Below, piece after piece: positions 26,211 to 39,620 of a stretch of DNA of 64,000 bases; within the stretch, counting starts at the first letter, position 1; each line of letters begins with the position of its first letter. A program made the position numbers and the translations under genes. The notes beneath the pieces were generated by a model. That model saw only the letters and a list, made by a program, of their open reading frames with translations, did no database searches and was not told the origin of the DNA. Source of the stretch: Rhynchobatus australiae (taxonomy: Eukaryota); NCBI GenBank assembly GCA_034780895.1, contig JAUZTB010000135.1:49271255-49335254 (forward strand). The letters are read 5' to 3'.

Positions 26211-27180
26211 CAGTACAAAACAGATGATAATGAATCAGAAGTGGGCTTGTACGTTTGGATTGACATCAGTGGAAAGAAATGGGTGCATTTTAAAGCAGGC
26301 TGATGATTCGCTATCACCCATTTTGCATTGCCATCAAGGTTAAATTTCACTACTTTAAAACGAGAATTGTATAAACATTTCCAGCAGAGCCGTTGGCAAA
26401 GAATGACAGAGTGGACTGTTCACCCAAAGACACAGCGGGCTAATTGATCAGATTCTGTGCTCCAAACTCTATAGATTTAAAATGACTTTCTGTCAAACAT
26501 ACTCTTATTTATAACACAGAGGTAGTCAGGTCACAACTCCTGTCATCTGAAATTGTGGAAGCTGCTTCTTTTTTGTATTGTTATCCTGGCTCATTCAGGA
26601 AAGAAATGTAAGAAGAAATCTGGGATAAACCAGGAAATCCTTCATAGCATAATTATAAATGTGTTTCATCCATGTCTTAGTCAATTATTCCAGCATTAAC
26701 ATCAATACAATGATTTCAATTACCAGTCAAAAATCGCAAGCCTGGTGATGACTGAAGCATGAGGTTATTCAAATTAATAGATTGTAAATGAATACTTAAG
26801 CTCATTTAGAACTATGAAAATTATGATGTTTAGGCATTTAATTCATTCTCAGAGTTTCACTATAATTGGCTAAGTTTGTTTTGTCATTTAACCATTTTAA
26901 CTTGAAAATGAGAATCATCCAAATCTTTTAGTAATTGTAAAATATATCTAAACGTATATAAGACAGATGTATCAAACAATCTGCTGGAAGAACTCAGTGG
27001 GTTGACCAGCATCTGTGGAAGGAAAGGAATTGTCAATGTTTTGGGTCAAAATCCTGAATATTCCACTGGCTTTATTTAAATGACCTGTGAGAATTTAAGT
27101 CAAATTCTTGAACAGAATCCTACATAACACCATCATGTATTCATCCACTGTACTTTCTGGGTGACAGCCCTGGGCTCTAC

Positions 27181-27795
27181 TTTCTTTTTCAACCTTTTTA
27201 TTGAATTTCAAATTAATTCAAATTAATATACATAACATTAATAATTATACATATGAAGCAGAGAGATTGGGATAACAATAACAACAGTTAATATTTATAG
27301 TCACAAGGAGTAATATGTCATCTAGACCTCCCGCCCTCTTGCTAAGTGTACATAATGCAAAAAAAAAGAAATTGAAAAGAAATTTGATTATCTGAAAAAA
27401 AAGCCCCCAATAAAAAAAAATATAATTATAGACAAATGCAAACCAAGAACTTCAAAGGAAAATAATTGGACTGATATTTCATAGATTAAAAAAAGATTAT
27501 TGTCGTTAGCTCTGTTCCTCTATATTCAAAGGTTAAAGGTCTGCTTATATCATATGGAAATATTGAATAAATGGACTCCAAACTTCCTCAAGTGTAAGCG
27601 AAGGATCAACAGTACCACTCTTAATTTTTTTTTCTAAGTTTAAACATGTTATAGTTTGAGAAAAGCATTGAAATGTAGTAGGGGGTGTAGGGTCCTTCCA
27701 TTTAAATAGAATGGATCTCTTGGCCATTAATGTAACAAATGCAATCATGTGACAAGCTGAAGTGGATAAATGGCCAGAATCCATCATCGGTTTAT
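27181..27795 (-). mobile_element. L1-clade LINE 3' end
   Basis: Minus ORF AKRSILFKWKDPTPPT...VWSPFIQYF; T-rich 3' UTR and AATAAA/A-tail on the minus strand at ~27181-27205. Confidence 0.8.
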
Positions 27796-28011
27796 GACTC
27801 ATTAATTGAAACATAATACAACATAATTCTTACTTGTGCAGAGTGAAAAATGTGACACAAGTTCCTCTTCCCAATAGAGAGGACCTTTTTGTTCAGAAAT
27901 GTTATGGAAGTCTAGGAAAATAATAAAAGGCTTTTTGGTCCAAATAAGATTAAAGCTACAGGTTCTTTCATATGCCTTATTAATCTCAGGATAGTTCTTT
28001 AATTTCAGAAT

Positions 28012-31000
28012 TGCAATGTATAAGGTGATTGGGTACTTTTAAGAAATGAATGTAGCATAGAGTATAATTCTGATGCACTGATTTAACAGACACTATTGTT
28101 TAGTTGAGAATTATTGCCTTCAGTAAAGTATCTCTTTATAGTTTTACCCCTGTTGAATCACATAAGCTTGCACCTACATTAAGAAACTCATATTGGTGTA
28201 GAGGTTGGTATATGGCTGGTTGAGAGACTAGTAGGAGGAGTGTGATCTAGTCTGCAGAAAATAATGAATGGGGTTCCCTGTGTGTAGTGAAGACGGCAGA
28301 CAGTGGATATGTTGAATATGTTGTGAAGCTAATTGTCCTCTATATAGAATGAGTAGAAATATCCCTAATGGTAAAACAATATCATCCTGACTCCTGAAAG
28401 GAAACAGAAGAGAGAAATGTAGCAATATGCAAGAAAAGAAAGTATTATTATTGGCTAGTGTTGGGGCTGAGTGTATACCTACTGATACCATGAACTGTAG
28501 ACCAGGATCCACATGAGGACATAGTAAAATGCCGAAGGGCCTTCGAAGAATTTCAAGAGCTGTAAGTTTGCCTCATGGAGCCAGGGACCAGAGAAAATGG
28601 TTGGCAAATACATGTTCAGGCTGATGCTAATGGCAACCAGGCTCACTGCAGGATGAGAGAAATTAGCCAAAACTATTTAATATAGCACACCTAAAGTTGA
28701 AGGGAGCATGGAGGATGACCATTAAGGATGACTGGAAATTATCATTAAGACAGTTTAACTTTGGCACGATTTCTGGAGTACATGTCAGGCTCACAAAAGG
28801 GATGACAATTGTGGTATCCTCTTTGCCCACAGCAATGAGTTATGTCATTCCAGGAAGTGACCTTGGCAGGTAACCTTTGGGTCACCAGGCCCCAAAATGC
28901 AGGAAAGGGATGTACAGTCCTGATGGAAAACAGTCACAGGTGTGCACTCTGCAGATAAACCCAAGGATTACGTGTTTGCTGTTCTCAATGTGGGCCAACA
29001 CTTTAGTGGTTACAAGGTGTTGGTTACATTAAATGGTTCTCCACTGAAGATAGCAATTGATACCTCTGTGAATCACCCTTTATTGGGTCATGAAAGACGT
29101 GAGGGGTTATTCACCATAACTCCATTGGTAGGCTGCAGTACCATTCCACAGGTGCACTCTGGGGAGGTTTTACAGGTTCTTGGGGAAAATGTTATGCACT
29201 GTCCAGAACAAAGGCATGGAGTAAAAGTGGCAAATGATCATGTTCAGTTGCACAAATGACCAATACAGATGGGAAAGGACTGCTGAGGCACATCCAAAGA
29301 TCACTTCAATGATATTGTTGGATATAGTGCTCATATTCACATTCTTTGAGGAGCCAAACCCATTAATCATCAGCCAAAACCTGTTTTGCATGCCGTTAAA
29401 CTACAGGTGGAGGGGAGTTGAGTACAAGAGAGCTGACTTGTATATAGAGATGGTTCAACACTACTACAAGTTTCTTCTGAGTTTGTGCATCACATAGAGT
29501 CTCCCTTGCAAATTAGTGAAGAATAGCAGAGGTCATGTATGTTAAGTAAATCTTCACTTGATCCATTATGACTTGAAGAAACCATTCTGACTTTCATCTG
29601 ATGCCTCCAGCAATGGTGGATGTGTCCATTGCCCACATAATGGAATAAGTCCATAAGCTACCAATTGTGTCTGTTTTCCATAACCTCATTTCCAGTGGAA
29701 ATGCAATGTAGAGATCAAATAAAAATTCTGTCTATTATTTTGGGGTTTTATTTGACTTCAAAAGTTTCACTCAGGTCATGGATCATAAAGCACGTGGTAA
29801 CTCTTGGGCCAAAGTCATTCCTGTGATGCTCCACTGAGTACTGTACGTTGAAGCAGAATGCTATAGCAGATGCACTGTCCTGTCTGTTTTATGAAGATGC
29901 AATGACTAATCTGGAACAGAGAATCCCACCACTGCAAGTTGTTGATGAAGTTACTTAGAGAGTGGTGCAGTGACACATCAGTCAGTACTGCTGCCTCACA
30001 GGGTTTAATCCTGACCTCAAGTATTGCCTGTGTGGAACTATGCAAGTTCTCTCCGTGACTGCAGTGATTTCCTCTGTGTGCATCAGATTCCTCCCACAAC
30101 CCAAAGACTTGCTAAGTAGATTAAATAACTACTGTAAGTCAATGGCAAACTAAATCAAAGGTGAGCTGATGGGCATTAGAAAGAACTCGTTGTGGGAATA
30201 CAGGGAAGGACATAAGGAGAGGGCAATGGGACAAGTGGCAGAGTTTTCCTTGGAGCTAGCCCGGACATAATGGATTAAATCACCTCCTGTGTTGGAACTA
30301 TAAGATGAGCTTGCCAGATCCACTCATAAAGGTGTTACTTTAGAACATTGAACATTACAGTATAGTACAGGCCCTTTGGTCTACAATGTTGTGCTGACAT
30401 TTTGTCCTGCTCTAAGATCTATCTAACCCTTCCCTCCCACATAGCCCTCCATTTCTCTANNNNNNNNNNNNNNNNNNNNNNNNNNNNNNNNNNNNNNNNN
30501 NNNNNNNNNNNNNNNNNNNNNNNNNNNNNNNNNNNNNNNNNNNNNNNNNNNNNNNNNNNACATAGCCCTCCATTTCTCTATCATTCATGTGTCTATCTAA
30601 GAGTGTCTTAAATGTCCATAATGTATCTGCCCCCCCAACCTCTTCCGGTAGTGCATTCCACACACCCACCACTTTCTGTGTAAGGCAGTCATACAAATAT
30701 ACCTTGTCAGAGTGGAATGAATTGGAAATGAGAAAGAGCCATCTGGAGAAGGCAATGTGAACTGTTAGTGAATCCAGGTTTCCTGAAGTGGGGTCACATC
30801 ATGGCGTTCCAAAGCTAATACCGAAAGATGGCTATACTAAATGTTTGGGAATTGTTGATGTGATTGCAGTGTTCAAATGCTGTATGTTCTGGTCTGATCA
30901 AGACATTGAGTACTTGGTGAAATCTTGTTTGGTGTGTCAGGATTTCAGGCTGCATTTGCCCACAGCTCTGGTCCTGATTGTCTCTGCCAGAGATAACACA

Positions 31001-32188
31001 TTGACTTTTTAAAGTTGGAAACAACGGTTTTTGTCCCACAGATTGATTGCCAATTTAAGCTTGTGGAAGTGTTGCAGTTTGGATCAGGCTTCTCTATGGA
31101 GCTGATACTACATGCCGAAGTTAGCTTTTGTGAACCCACATGCTTCCTGAAAACTAGTTTCTTACAGTGTTTGGCAATTCAAGTCCCCACAATTTGTCCA
31201 ATTCCTCCACTCCAATGGATTCAGGTATAGTTTAACGTCCCCATGCCATCCAATGTCCAGTGGAGCAGTTGAACAAAATTGGCCTGCCCAGATAAGGAAA
31301 CTGTCAGGTAACAGTTAATGGACATGATATTGTTTTTTTTCCCCCATGTCCATGACCCCACAATTCAATCCACCACAGATTACTCAGACAAAGATGAATT
31401 TGTTGTTACTTAATTCAGAAGGGGAGAGAGAGTGGAAAAGGGATCAGAAGGGGTAGCACAAATTACATGGTCAGTAGTAATGTGAGGATTTTCCAGTCAC
31501 CAGTCAATGGACGATCATTAAAATGGAGCCATGGGAAAATTATAGAAGTACTGTGAGTCAGGAACTACATGGTGAAAAAGGGCAACAGAAATTCGACCAA
31601 TTAATACATGCACATGAAATTCAAGAAAATTGTGATTGACAATATGAGGTTGCAGAGGAGCATGGATTTGAGTTACTAGATAAGTTTTCTAATACATCCA
31701 TTGCTGGCACAATGTGGGTCAGGAGGCAGAGGTTAGCTGGAACCAAATAAATGACACACAGCTTTCAGGAGGAGGTTATCTGCCAGAAATGAGGGCTTCT
31801 GGAGTGGCCACTTCAGGATTCACTGGTGCACCTTTACAGTTGAAAAGACCTGTCGCACAACTGAATTTCTAATTCTTTTAATTCATCGCTGTACATATAT
31901 ATGTAAATAGTTATTCTAATACATAATATAGTACGTGTAATTATTAATATTTATAAATATTTGGTGGTTTGTATGGGTTTATTTCATTTTTAAAGGGGAA
32001 GAAATGCAGTGTATTTAAGTGTAAGAGCACCTTTAAGAACTGAGCGCACCACACGACATGATCTTCATACATTTTGGATCAAACACTGCTGTGTTGTTGA
32101 GAATTATTGCCTTCAGTGAATGTCGTTTTGCTTATGGTTCTATCTCGGTCTAATCACCTACGCTTGCAACAACATTAAGGGTTACACA
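28012..32188 (+). mobile_element. Decayed Gypsy LTR retrotransposon with both LTRs (~28012-28190, ~32005-32188)
   Basis: LTR pair shares gttgagaattattgccttcagt and gcttgca..acattaag; PBS-like TGGTGTAGAGGTTGGT at 28194; PPT aaaggggaagaaa at 31992-32004; protease-like LNGSPLKIAIDT, RNase H-like HYD..KP...DASSNG, integrase-like DIEYLVKSCLVCQ and PCHPMSSGAVE in Gypsy order. Confidence 0.8.
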
Positions 32189-33639
32189 GTCCATGAAAAG
32201 AACTGCAGCTTTTCACTTTCTGTGTCCTTCATTAATCTGCTTCTTGACACATTAACTGCAATAACAAGCACTCACTGGTATTTTTAACATTTTGAATGAG
32301 CAAGTGGTACTGCACTGACAGTTAATTCCACTAATCAATGTCTCTCTGGAATATCTGCTTAACAAGCTCATTAGATCCTCTAAGTCTTACAGTTTTTATG
32401 AAGTATGATTGTTCATTTCATTGCCCTGAAGGGGGATATTCAAGAATGAAAATCAACAATTCTGAAAGATTGGGTGTAGTGTACAGAATTTCAGAATTCA
32501 TTTCAAGATATACTTAATAGCATACAGATGGTGTGAGAGACAAATCTGGTGCAATATAAAAAGTGAGCATTTGTCACTTCAATTACTCCTTGCAAATGCC
32601 TCCAGGGATTCTGAACCCATATTGTCATAAACTGAATATGTTTAAGTGGTAGACTTCTTCTATGAATGACTAAAGTTTGAAATGTTAATAGTTTGGTGGT
32701 TGGATATCTTTTTTCTTATATATAAACTGCCTTCCTGATGCTTGTCTACACACCAGCTCTGTGGGAAAGGTGCAACAAGTACACACCACAGAGGTTCCCT
32801 TGCACACCACACATAGCACATAACCACTTCCAATATCCAAACAACAATAAAAAAAAATTGCAAATTTCTCACAGGCATTTGGAGCGGAGCAAAACAACGC
32901 ACAGAGTGCCAGCAGCCATCCAGTAATTTGTAGGGTGGAAAAATAATGAATATCTTTGCATATTTTTGCATCACCATAACTAGTCCCAGAATTGTTGGTT
33001 TGAACTTGAAGAGCTGGAGGTTTGTTATTCTATAAGTAGCTACTGGAGATCTGCAAAAACTTGTATCACCACTTTCCTTCTCTGCCAAATGTTGAAACAT
33101 TTGGTGTCCACTCGACACCTTGGCAGAGTCTGAAACCATTGTTCGTTCCCTCGATTATGCCACTCCAAAGCATACTGCAGCCATGTCCAAATCGATTTAA
33201 AAGTGCTTTTATGGTGCTGCTGTCATATCAAGAGAGTCACAATGCTGGTTGATATGGGCCATGCTTCATTTCAACATGTTTCATACAGGAAGTGTTTTAA
33301 TTCCATTTCCAGGATGAAGGCCAGTGAAGATGGCACTCAGTGTTTACTCAAGTAAATCCAATTTCCTTATCTTTGCGACAGCCTTCCAGACCAAGTTCAT
33401 AATGGATGTGCAAGGCTTGACACCAGATTAACAGAGCTGGGAATAGCAGGAACTCTTGAGTTGGATCATTCCAGAACCCCAATTTAATTGCACCAACAAA
33501 CAAATTTACTTTTAAAAAGCACAGTTGATATCTATAGTACCATTGCCAGTTTAAGAAACAATTAAAACTATCTGCAAAGAATATCATCTATCTCAAGTGG
33601 ACTGGGATTCACCCTCAGGTTTGCAGTTGGAATATGAGA

Positions 33640-34020
33640 ACATGAATAGTAGATGCAAGAGTTGGCCATACAGCCCCTTGAACTTCTCCCATTCAATAAG
33701 ATCATGTTTGATCTTACCCCAGCTCCAACACTTTTGTGCCCATTCCCCATAGCCCTTGGTTAGCTTGTAATCCAAAAATCTATCTCAACCCTGATTATAT
33801 TTAATTACTCAGCATCCTCAATTGAATTTTATGTTTCACTATGATCACCTCTTATGACTAACTTACTCAATCGTTCTTCATAAAACAATCTCTTCATCCT
33901 AGGAGTCAACCTAATGGACCTTCTCTGAACTGCCTCCAGTGCAAGGCCATCCCTCCTCAAAAAAGGAAACCAAGGCAGTACACACTACATGTGTGGTCTC
34001 ACCACCGCCCTGTACTGACA
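33640..34020 (-). mobile_element. CR1 LINE 3' fragment
   Basis: Reverse CR1 tail (ggccatacagcccc...gatcatg...ccattccccatagcccttg) and decayed C-terminal coding sequence. Confidence 0.65.
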
Positions 34021-34252
34021 TAGCAGGATTAAATCACATTAATTTGGTTTCTGAATAATTAAGATCCAACGGAAAGCCAATGTTAATATACCAGTGAAAT
34101 GCATAATGAATTCAACTCCTGGGGTAACTTTACGCTGGGGATAAACCACTGAAATAACTCTTCAGGTGAAATTGGTTGATTTTCTGCAGTATTCTTCATT
34201 TTTATTCACTGAATGATAGTGCAACAGTCTCAAATAATCCTCTTTTCAACAG

Positions 34253-34434
34253 AAACTTCGGAAGGAAGCACTCAAACTCATACCCACGTAACCGTGTCTT
34301 CTAATGTACAGGAAAAAGTGAGCACCAACAAAAGGACATCTACTGTTGGAACAAACACACACAGTGGAAAGCAACAGCTGACACATGTCCCAGGAGCTAC
34401 TATACAGAAAAGGCGTATATTTAGAACAGATGAG
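34253..34434 (+). CDS. BAALC: BAALC coding exon 2 (equivalent of human exon 6)
   Basis: Acceptor tcctcttttcaacAG, donor GAG|GTAGGT; phase 1 in, phase 0 out, matching the flanking exons; open frame (K)TSEGSTQ...ATIQKRRIFRTDE whose end resembles human TQKQNGLQTTE. Confidence 0.85.
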
Positions 34435-36579
34435 GTAGGTTTACATTATCCCAACAAGGTTACAAATTCTGCAAAATTATTATTTTTAACTCAATTGGGA
34501 TTCCTCACAGAGATACACAGATTTGAGCCCAACAGCTTTCTTTCAATTTTTCCAATATATTCAAACAGCATCCAATTTAAATGCTTCAAGAATGTCTCCT
34601 TAAATCTCTAGGAAAATTGTCATTTTGTCTGGGAAGACTGAAATTGCTTCAGGGGTGACTCTGAACTTCACTCTGGACAGGCCTGAAGTTTATTTGGGAG
34701 AGTATTTGAATATGTCAGGGGGACGGTCCTCACATCACTCTTGGGAGTTTCTGAACATTATTTTCACTAGCAAGGGTGTGTTCAGGAAGTAACTTTGACT
34801 GCTTTTGGAAGGCTGTTATAAACATGCGCATATATAAGTATGTGTGCCCAACATGCTTGATGGTGGGTGTCCCTGCCCCCTCTGCCCTCACCAAATCCCT
34901 GCACACACCCCTGTTCAGCAAGGATATGGTGAGAAATTGGGCTCACTAGTTCCTGTTTTCAGGGACCTTTGTCCTTTTAGCTCCTAAAATGGTGTACTAT
35001 GGTGCAGACTGACATTTGAAAGGCATTATCATATTGTTGAGGGCAGGAGTGCATGAGTGACAAACATGTATCAGGGCAGGCAGATTACGATATCAATTGG
35101 CATGCAATACTGATTTGATGCCAGCACTGCCACTTGGAAGCTCAGCCCTCCAACTCTCTTCTCACTTTTCATGACTGCACACAGATTTAGGGACCGTAAG
35201 GACCCCACCCACAACCCATACTTGTACTGGTTGTAGTTAAGATTGTACATGTTTGGTGCTGTCTATAGTTATTTAATATCGTAAGGGTTGTGAAGCACGT
35301 GCTGAAGGACATGCTAACTTGAAGGCTTCTGCACAAGTCATTTCCTGAGGTGAGCTCATTATAGTATGGCATGGAGAATAAGCGCATGGAGTAAATTGCT
35401 GAACACTGTGCTTAAGAAAGGTCACTACTGCTCTTTATTCAAGAGAGCGAAATAGATTTTATTCTTTTTGGCCAGAAGCCAGCAGATGGACAGAGCACAT
35501 GGCAATGCATGGTTTGAGACTTACCCATTATCTCAAATGCTTCTCAACACTATGGCTTCTGCAAAAGATTGCCACGTCAGCAAGATTTAAACCAGTTTAG
35601 CAAAGCTGGTTTAAAGGTTTAATTGTTTATAGGATGCAGCCATTGCTGGCAAGCTAGCATTTATTGACCATCTCCAGTCATCCACCTTCTTGAACTCCTC
35701 CAATCCTTCTGGTCAAGGTACTACCACAATGTTGTTGGAAAGGAGTTCCAGGACTTCGATCTAGTGATGCTGAAATATTGGCAATACATTTCCAAGACAT
35801 AATGATGAATTACTTGAAGGGGGCCTTCAAGTGAAGTGCTCGCATGTGCCTGATGCCCTTGTCCTTCCCTGTGATAGTAATCGTCAGTACAGGAAGTGCT
35901 TTTAGAGCAGCCTAAACAAGCAACAGCATTTTGTAGATGGTACACACTGCATGTGGTAGCCTTCAGGACTCAGTAGGCAGCTCATTCACTCCATCTATCT
36001 GTATCAGAATTGGCCATTTCTGCATGTTATCATTTTGGTTCAGTTATTATTTTTCCTAATTTGTAGTATGGTCTGATGGACATATATCCCACAGACTTAC
36101 AATTAGTAACATAGTACCCAGACAAAGAAGCATAATCTACAATTGAACTGTTACATTAAGGTACTTGGTCTCACCCTATCTGACCGATTCCATTTATTCA
36201 ACCATCCCTCCCCTACATTCCCTGCTATTGAAAACTAACTTGTTTTCTCTTTTTCCTAATTCTGATGAAGGCTGCTGGACCTGAAACATTCTGTTTCTCT
36301 TTCTACAGATGCTGCCTAACCTGCTGAGTGTTTCCAGCATTTTCTGTTTAATGTAGTTGGACTCGCTTCATGGAGACACAAGAGACTGCAGATAATGCAA
36401 TCTGGAGCAAGAGCACAAACTACTGGAAGAACTCAACAGGTTAGGCAGCATGTGTTGGGGGGGGGGGGTGGGGGGAATGACCAGTCCAGATGAAGGGACT
36501 CAACCCAAAATTTCAAATGTCTATTTCCTCACCAAGGATGCTGCCTGTCCTGCGGAGTTCCAGATCGGAANNNNNNNNN

Positions 36580-38675
36580 AGACCAAAACATGTGTGTCAA
36601 AGAGGCCACATCCGATTTACATCTATCACATTTGGGATTTATATAGTTATAAAAAAGCGAGCTCTTATCTTTGGTCATGTGGGTCCTGTGAACTACCTTA
36701 AACTGTATAAATGAGTGTCTGGCACACATTGAAGATGTATTAACTAAATGGAGAATTTTCTTCCATGTCTCCGTAGATATAGATATCTGGAGTTCTCTTT
36801 CCCATTCATTCTTAATTTTTCCCAGTGTCTCTGGACGTATTTTCATAATTAAATCATACATTATTGTTATCAAGCCGTTCTGTTAACACCTTTTTTTCCC
36901 GTCGTATCAATTTTGTCAGATGTCGGAAAAGAGGGTACAGTAGCTTTTTAAAAAAATCTAAACTGCAAAAATTGAAAAAAAGTGTGATCTAGGCAAATTG
37001 TATTTGTCAGACAACTGTTCAAAAGATGAAAAACAGTCGTCAATAAAAAGATCACGAACTCATACTATTCCCTTCCTTTTCCATAAGGAAAAAGCTGAGT
37101 CAACTCTGGATGGATAAAAGAAAACAATAGATTGAATAGGACTTCAGAAGTTAAAATTCTTCAATCCAAAAAATTTACGAAATTGAAACCATATTCATAT
37201 TGTGTTTAACAATTGGGTTCGTCATATGTTTACTTAATTTGATAAGTGCAAAGGCGAGTGAAGCTCCTAAAATTGAGATTACTGAAAAAAATCAGGTACT
37301 GATTGGTGCTCAATGTGTACTCATTTAGGACATCGAATTACATCTAAATCTTGTATGCAAAAAATAAATATCTGATATTAATTGCCCAGTAATATATCTT
37401 AAGTTAGATAAGGCCAGGCCACCGTCCTTTTTTAATTTTTTTGTAAATATGTCTTACCTAATCTTAGGTTTTTATTCTGCCAAATGTAGAAAGAATGTAA
37501 TAATCAATAGTGTAAAAAAAAGATTTCGGGACAAAAAATTGAATCGTTTGAAATAAATATTTTAAAATATGGTAAAATACTCATCTTAGTTGCGTTAATT
37601 CGGCCTACCAATGATAAAGACAGTGGAGATCACTTAGTGAATAATTGTTTAACATGGTCTATTAAAGGCAATAAATTTGCTTTAAATAAGTCCTTATGTT
37701 TCTGAGTAATTTTAACACCTGAATACATGAAATAATCTGTTACCAAGCCAAAGGATAATTGCCTATCAATTGGGGTTTGCATATTCAATGGAAAATGTTC
37801 GCTCTCATTAAGATTTAGTTAATAGCCAGAAAAAAAAAATCAATGAACTGATCTAATACTGATTGTACTGCGCGGATAGATCCATCCGGATTAGAGACAT
37901 GAAGTAACAGGTCATCTGCGTAAAGAGATATCTTATTAATCTTCTGTCCATATTAGAAGAGTCCCGAAGTGCAACAGCCAAGGGTTCTAAATAAATGTTG
38001 AATAATAAAGGGCTTAACTGGCATCGTTTTCTGGTACCTCGAAAAAGCCTACATAAAGAAGATCTTTGATTGTTAGTAAGTATTGAAGCCATAGGTGTAT
38101 AATAGATCATTTTAATCAAAGATGTAAATTTAGGAGGAAAATTCAATCTTTGAAGTGGAGTAAATAGTTATTCCAATTTTACTCTGTCAAATGCCTTTTC
38201 AGCATCTAGTGAGGCAACATATTCTGAAATTTGGGATGAAGGAGTATATAAAATATTCATCAATCTCCTAATATTAAAATGTAAAGAGAACGATTCTGAA
38301 TAAATCCTGTCTGGTCTTCCGAGATAATTTGTGGGGGAACTTGTTCCAGTCAAAAGATCAATATTTTGGAGAATAGTTTTGAGTCAACATTTAATAAAGA
38401 AGTAGGTCTTTAAGAAGCACAGTCAGTGGAATTTTTATCCTTTTGAAGAATTAAGGAAATATTTGTTTCATAAAACTATTGTGGTAATTTGCCCACTGAT
38501 AAGGCATCTTTAAAAATTTTGGCTAACCAGGGAAAAAGAATATCAGAAAAAAATAAAAATTCAACTATAAATCCATCAGGACCGGGTGCTTTACCCGAAT
38601 TCATTGAAAATATTACTTTCTTTATTTCTTCCTCCGAAATGGGAGCATCTAATATAGAATGTGATTTTTATAAAT
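36580..38675 (-). mobile_element. L1-clade LINE ORF2 (RT to C-terminal Cys-rich region), frameshifted
   Basis: GKAPGPDG, SLDAEKAFDRV, RGTRKRCQLSPLLF, IQFKVVHR, CDRCK...LTHMFWS on the minus strand. Confidence 0.9.
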
Positions 38676-38689
38676 GATTTGGATGAGGA

Positions 38690-39620
38690 TTTTTGTGGTG
38701 CAGGTATGACTTGCCATTTATCAGCACGTGTCCACATAGCTGCATGCAGGCATGTTCTGCTTAATTTGGGGAGTTGAATATTGAGAAGTCATCAGGGAAC
38801 ATCCCCTGTTTATGACAGGAGAAAAGGTCATTGGTGAAGCAGCTAAAGGACAAGGACACCGGCCTGGGGAACTTCTGCAGTAATATTCTAGGGCTGGAAT
38901 GTTTGATCTCCAACATACCTACTTTGTATGAGGTATGACTCCAACTATTGCATTAATTTCCCCTTGATACACACTGACCAGTTTTATTTGGGTTTTTTTT
39001 TGATGCAGCACATGGTCAATTGCTGCCTTGATATCGATGATGATTATTCTCAACTCTTCTTTATCCAACACCTATTTGGTCTTGTTGGACCAAGACTGGA
39101 TTGAAATCTGGAGTTGTGGTCCTGAAAATTACAAGTAGGTTACTGGTGAATAATCATTATTTAACTGCAGTGTCAATGACCCCTTCCATCACTTGGCTGA
39201 TGAATGTGTCCAGCTGGTAATTCACTGGATTGGATTTGTTCATTTCTAATTATATTGGAACAGCTTGGCTGGAGGCACAGTTAATCTTGCAGCAAAATAT
39301 TCAGTATCTCATTGAGATTATTTTATCCTGCGATCCCAGTTCTTTCTTTACATCATCTGGTGTAAGTTGAATTAGTTGAATGTTGACATCTGCAATGATG
39401 GGAATCTTGGAGCTCTGTATGTTGAGCTAGAGGAGGTTGCAATTGCCTCTGCTGGTCTTTACACTCACATAGTGGATTCCACCATCACTGAGCATGGGTA
39501 TGTTCTTGCTACCTTCTCTTTTTGTTAGCTGTTTAATTGTCTACCATTATTCGTGACTAGATGTGGCAGATGTGCAAAGTTTTAGTCTGTTGGTTGTGGG
39601 ATCACATCTTCATAGTGGTG
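38690..39620 (-). mobile_element. Decayed non-LTR retrotransposon RT fragment
   Basis: Minus strand reads DIKAAIDHV (DIKAAFDRV-like) at ~39010-39035 and FSCFTNDL at ~38825-38850. Confidence 0.55.

Noticed and set aside
24935-27795. Single L1 formed by the ORF1 fragment and the 3' fragment
   Set aside because: Both are on the minus strand but in the wrong order for one element, so they are separate insertions.
30440-30580. Identical 20-mer catagccctccatttctcta on both sides of a gap
   Set aside because: Typical unmerged contig overlap, i.e. an assembly artefact.
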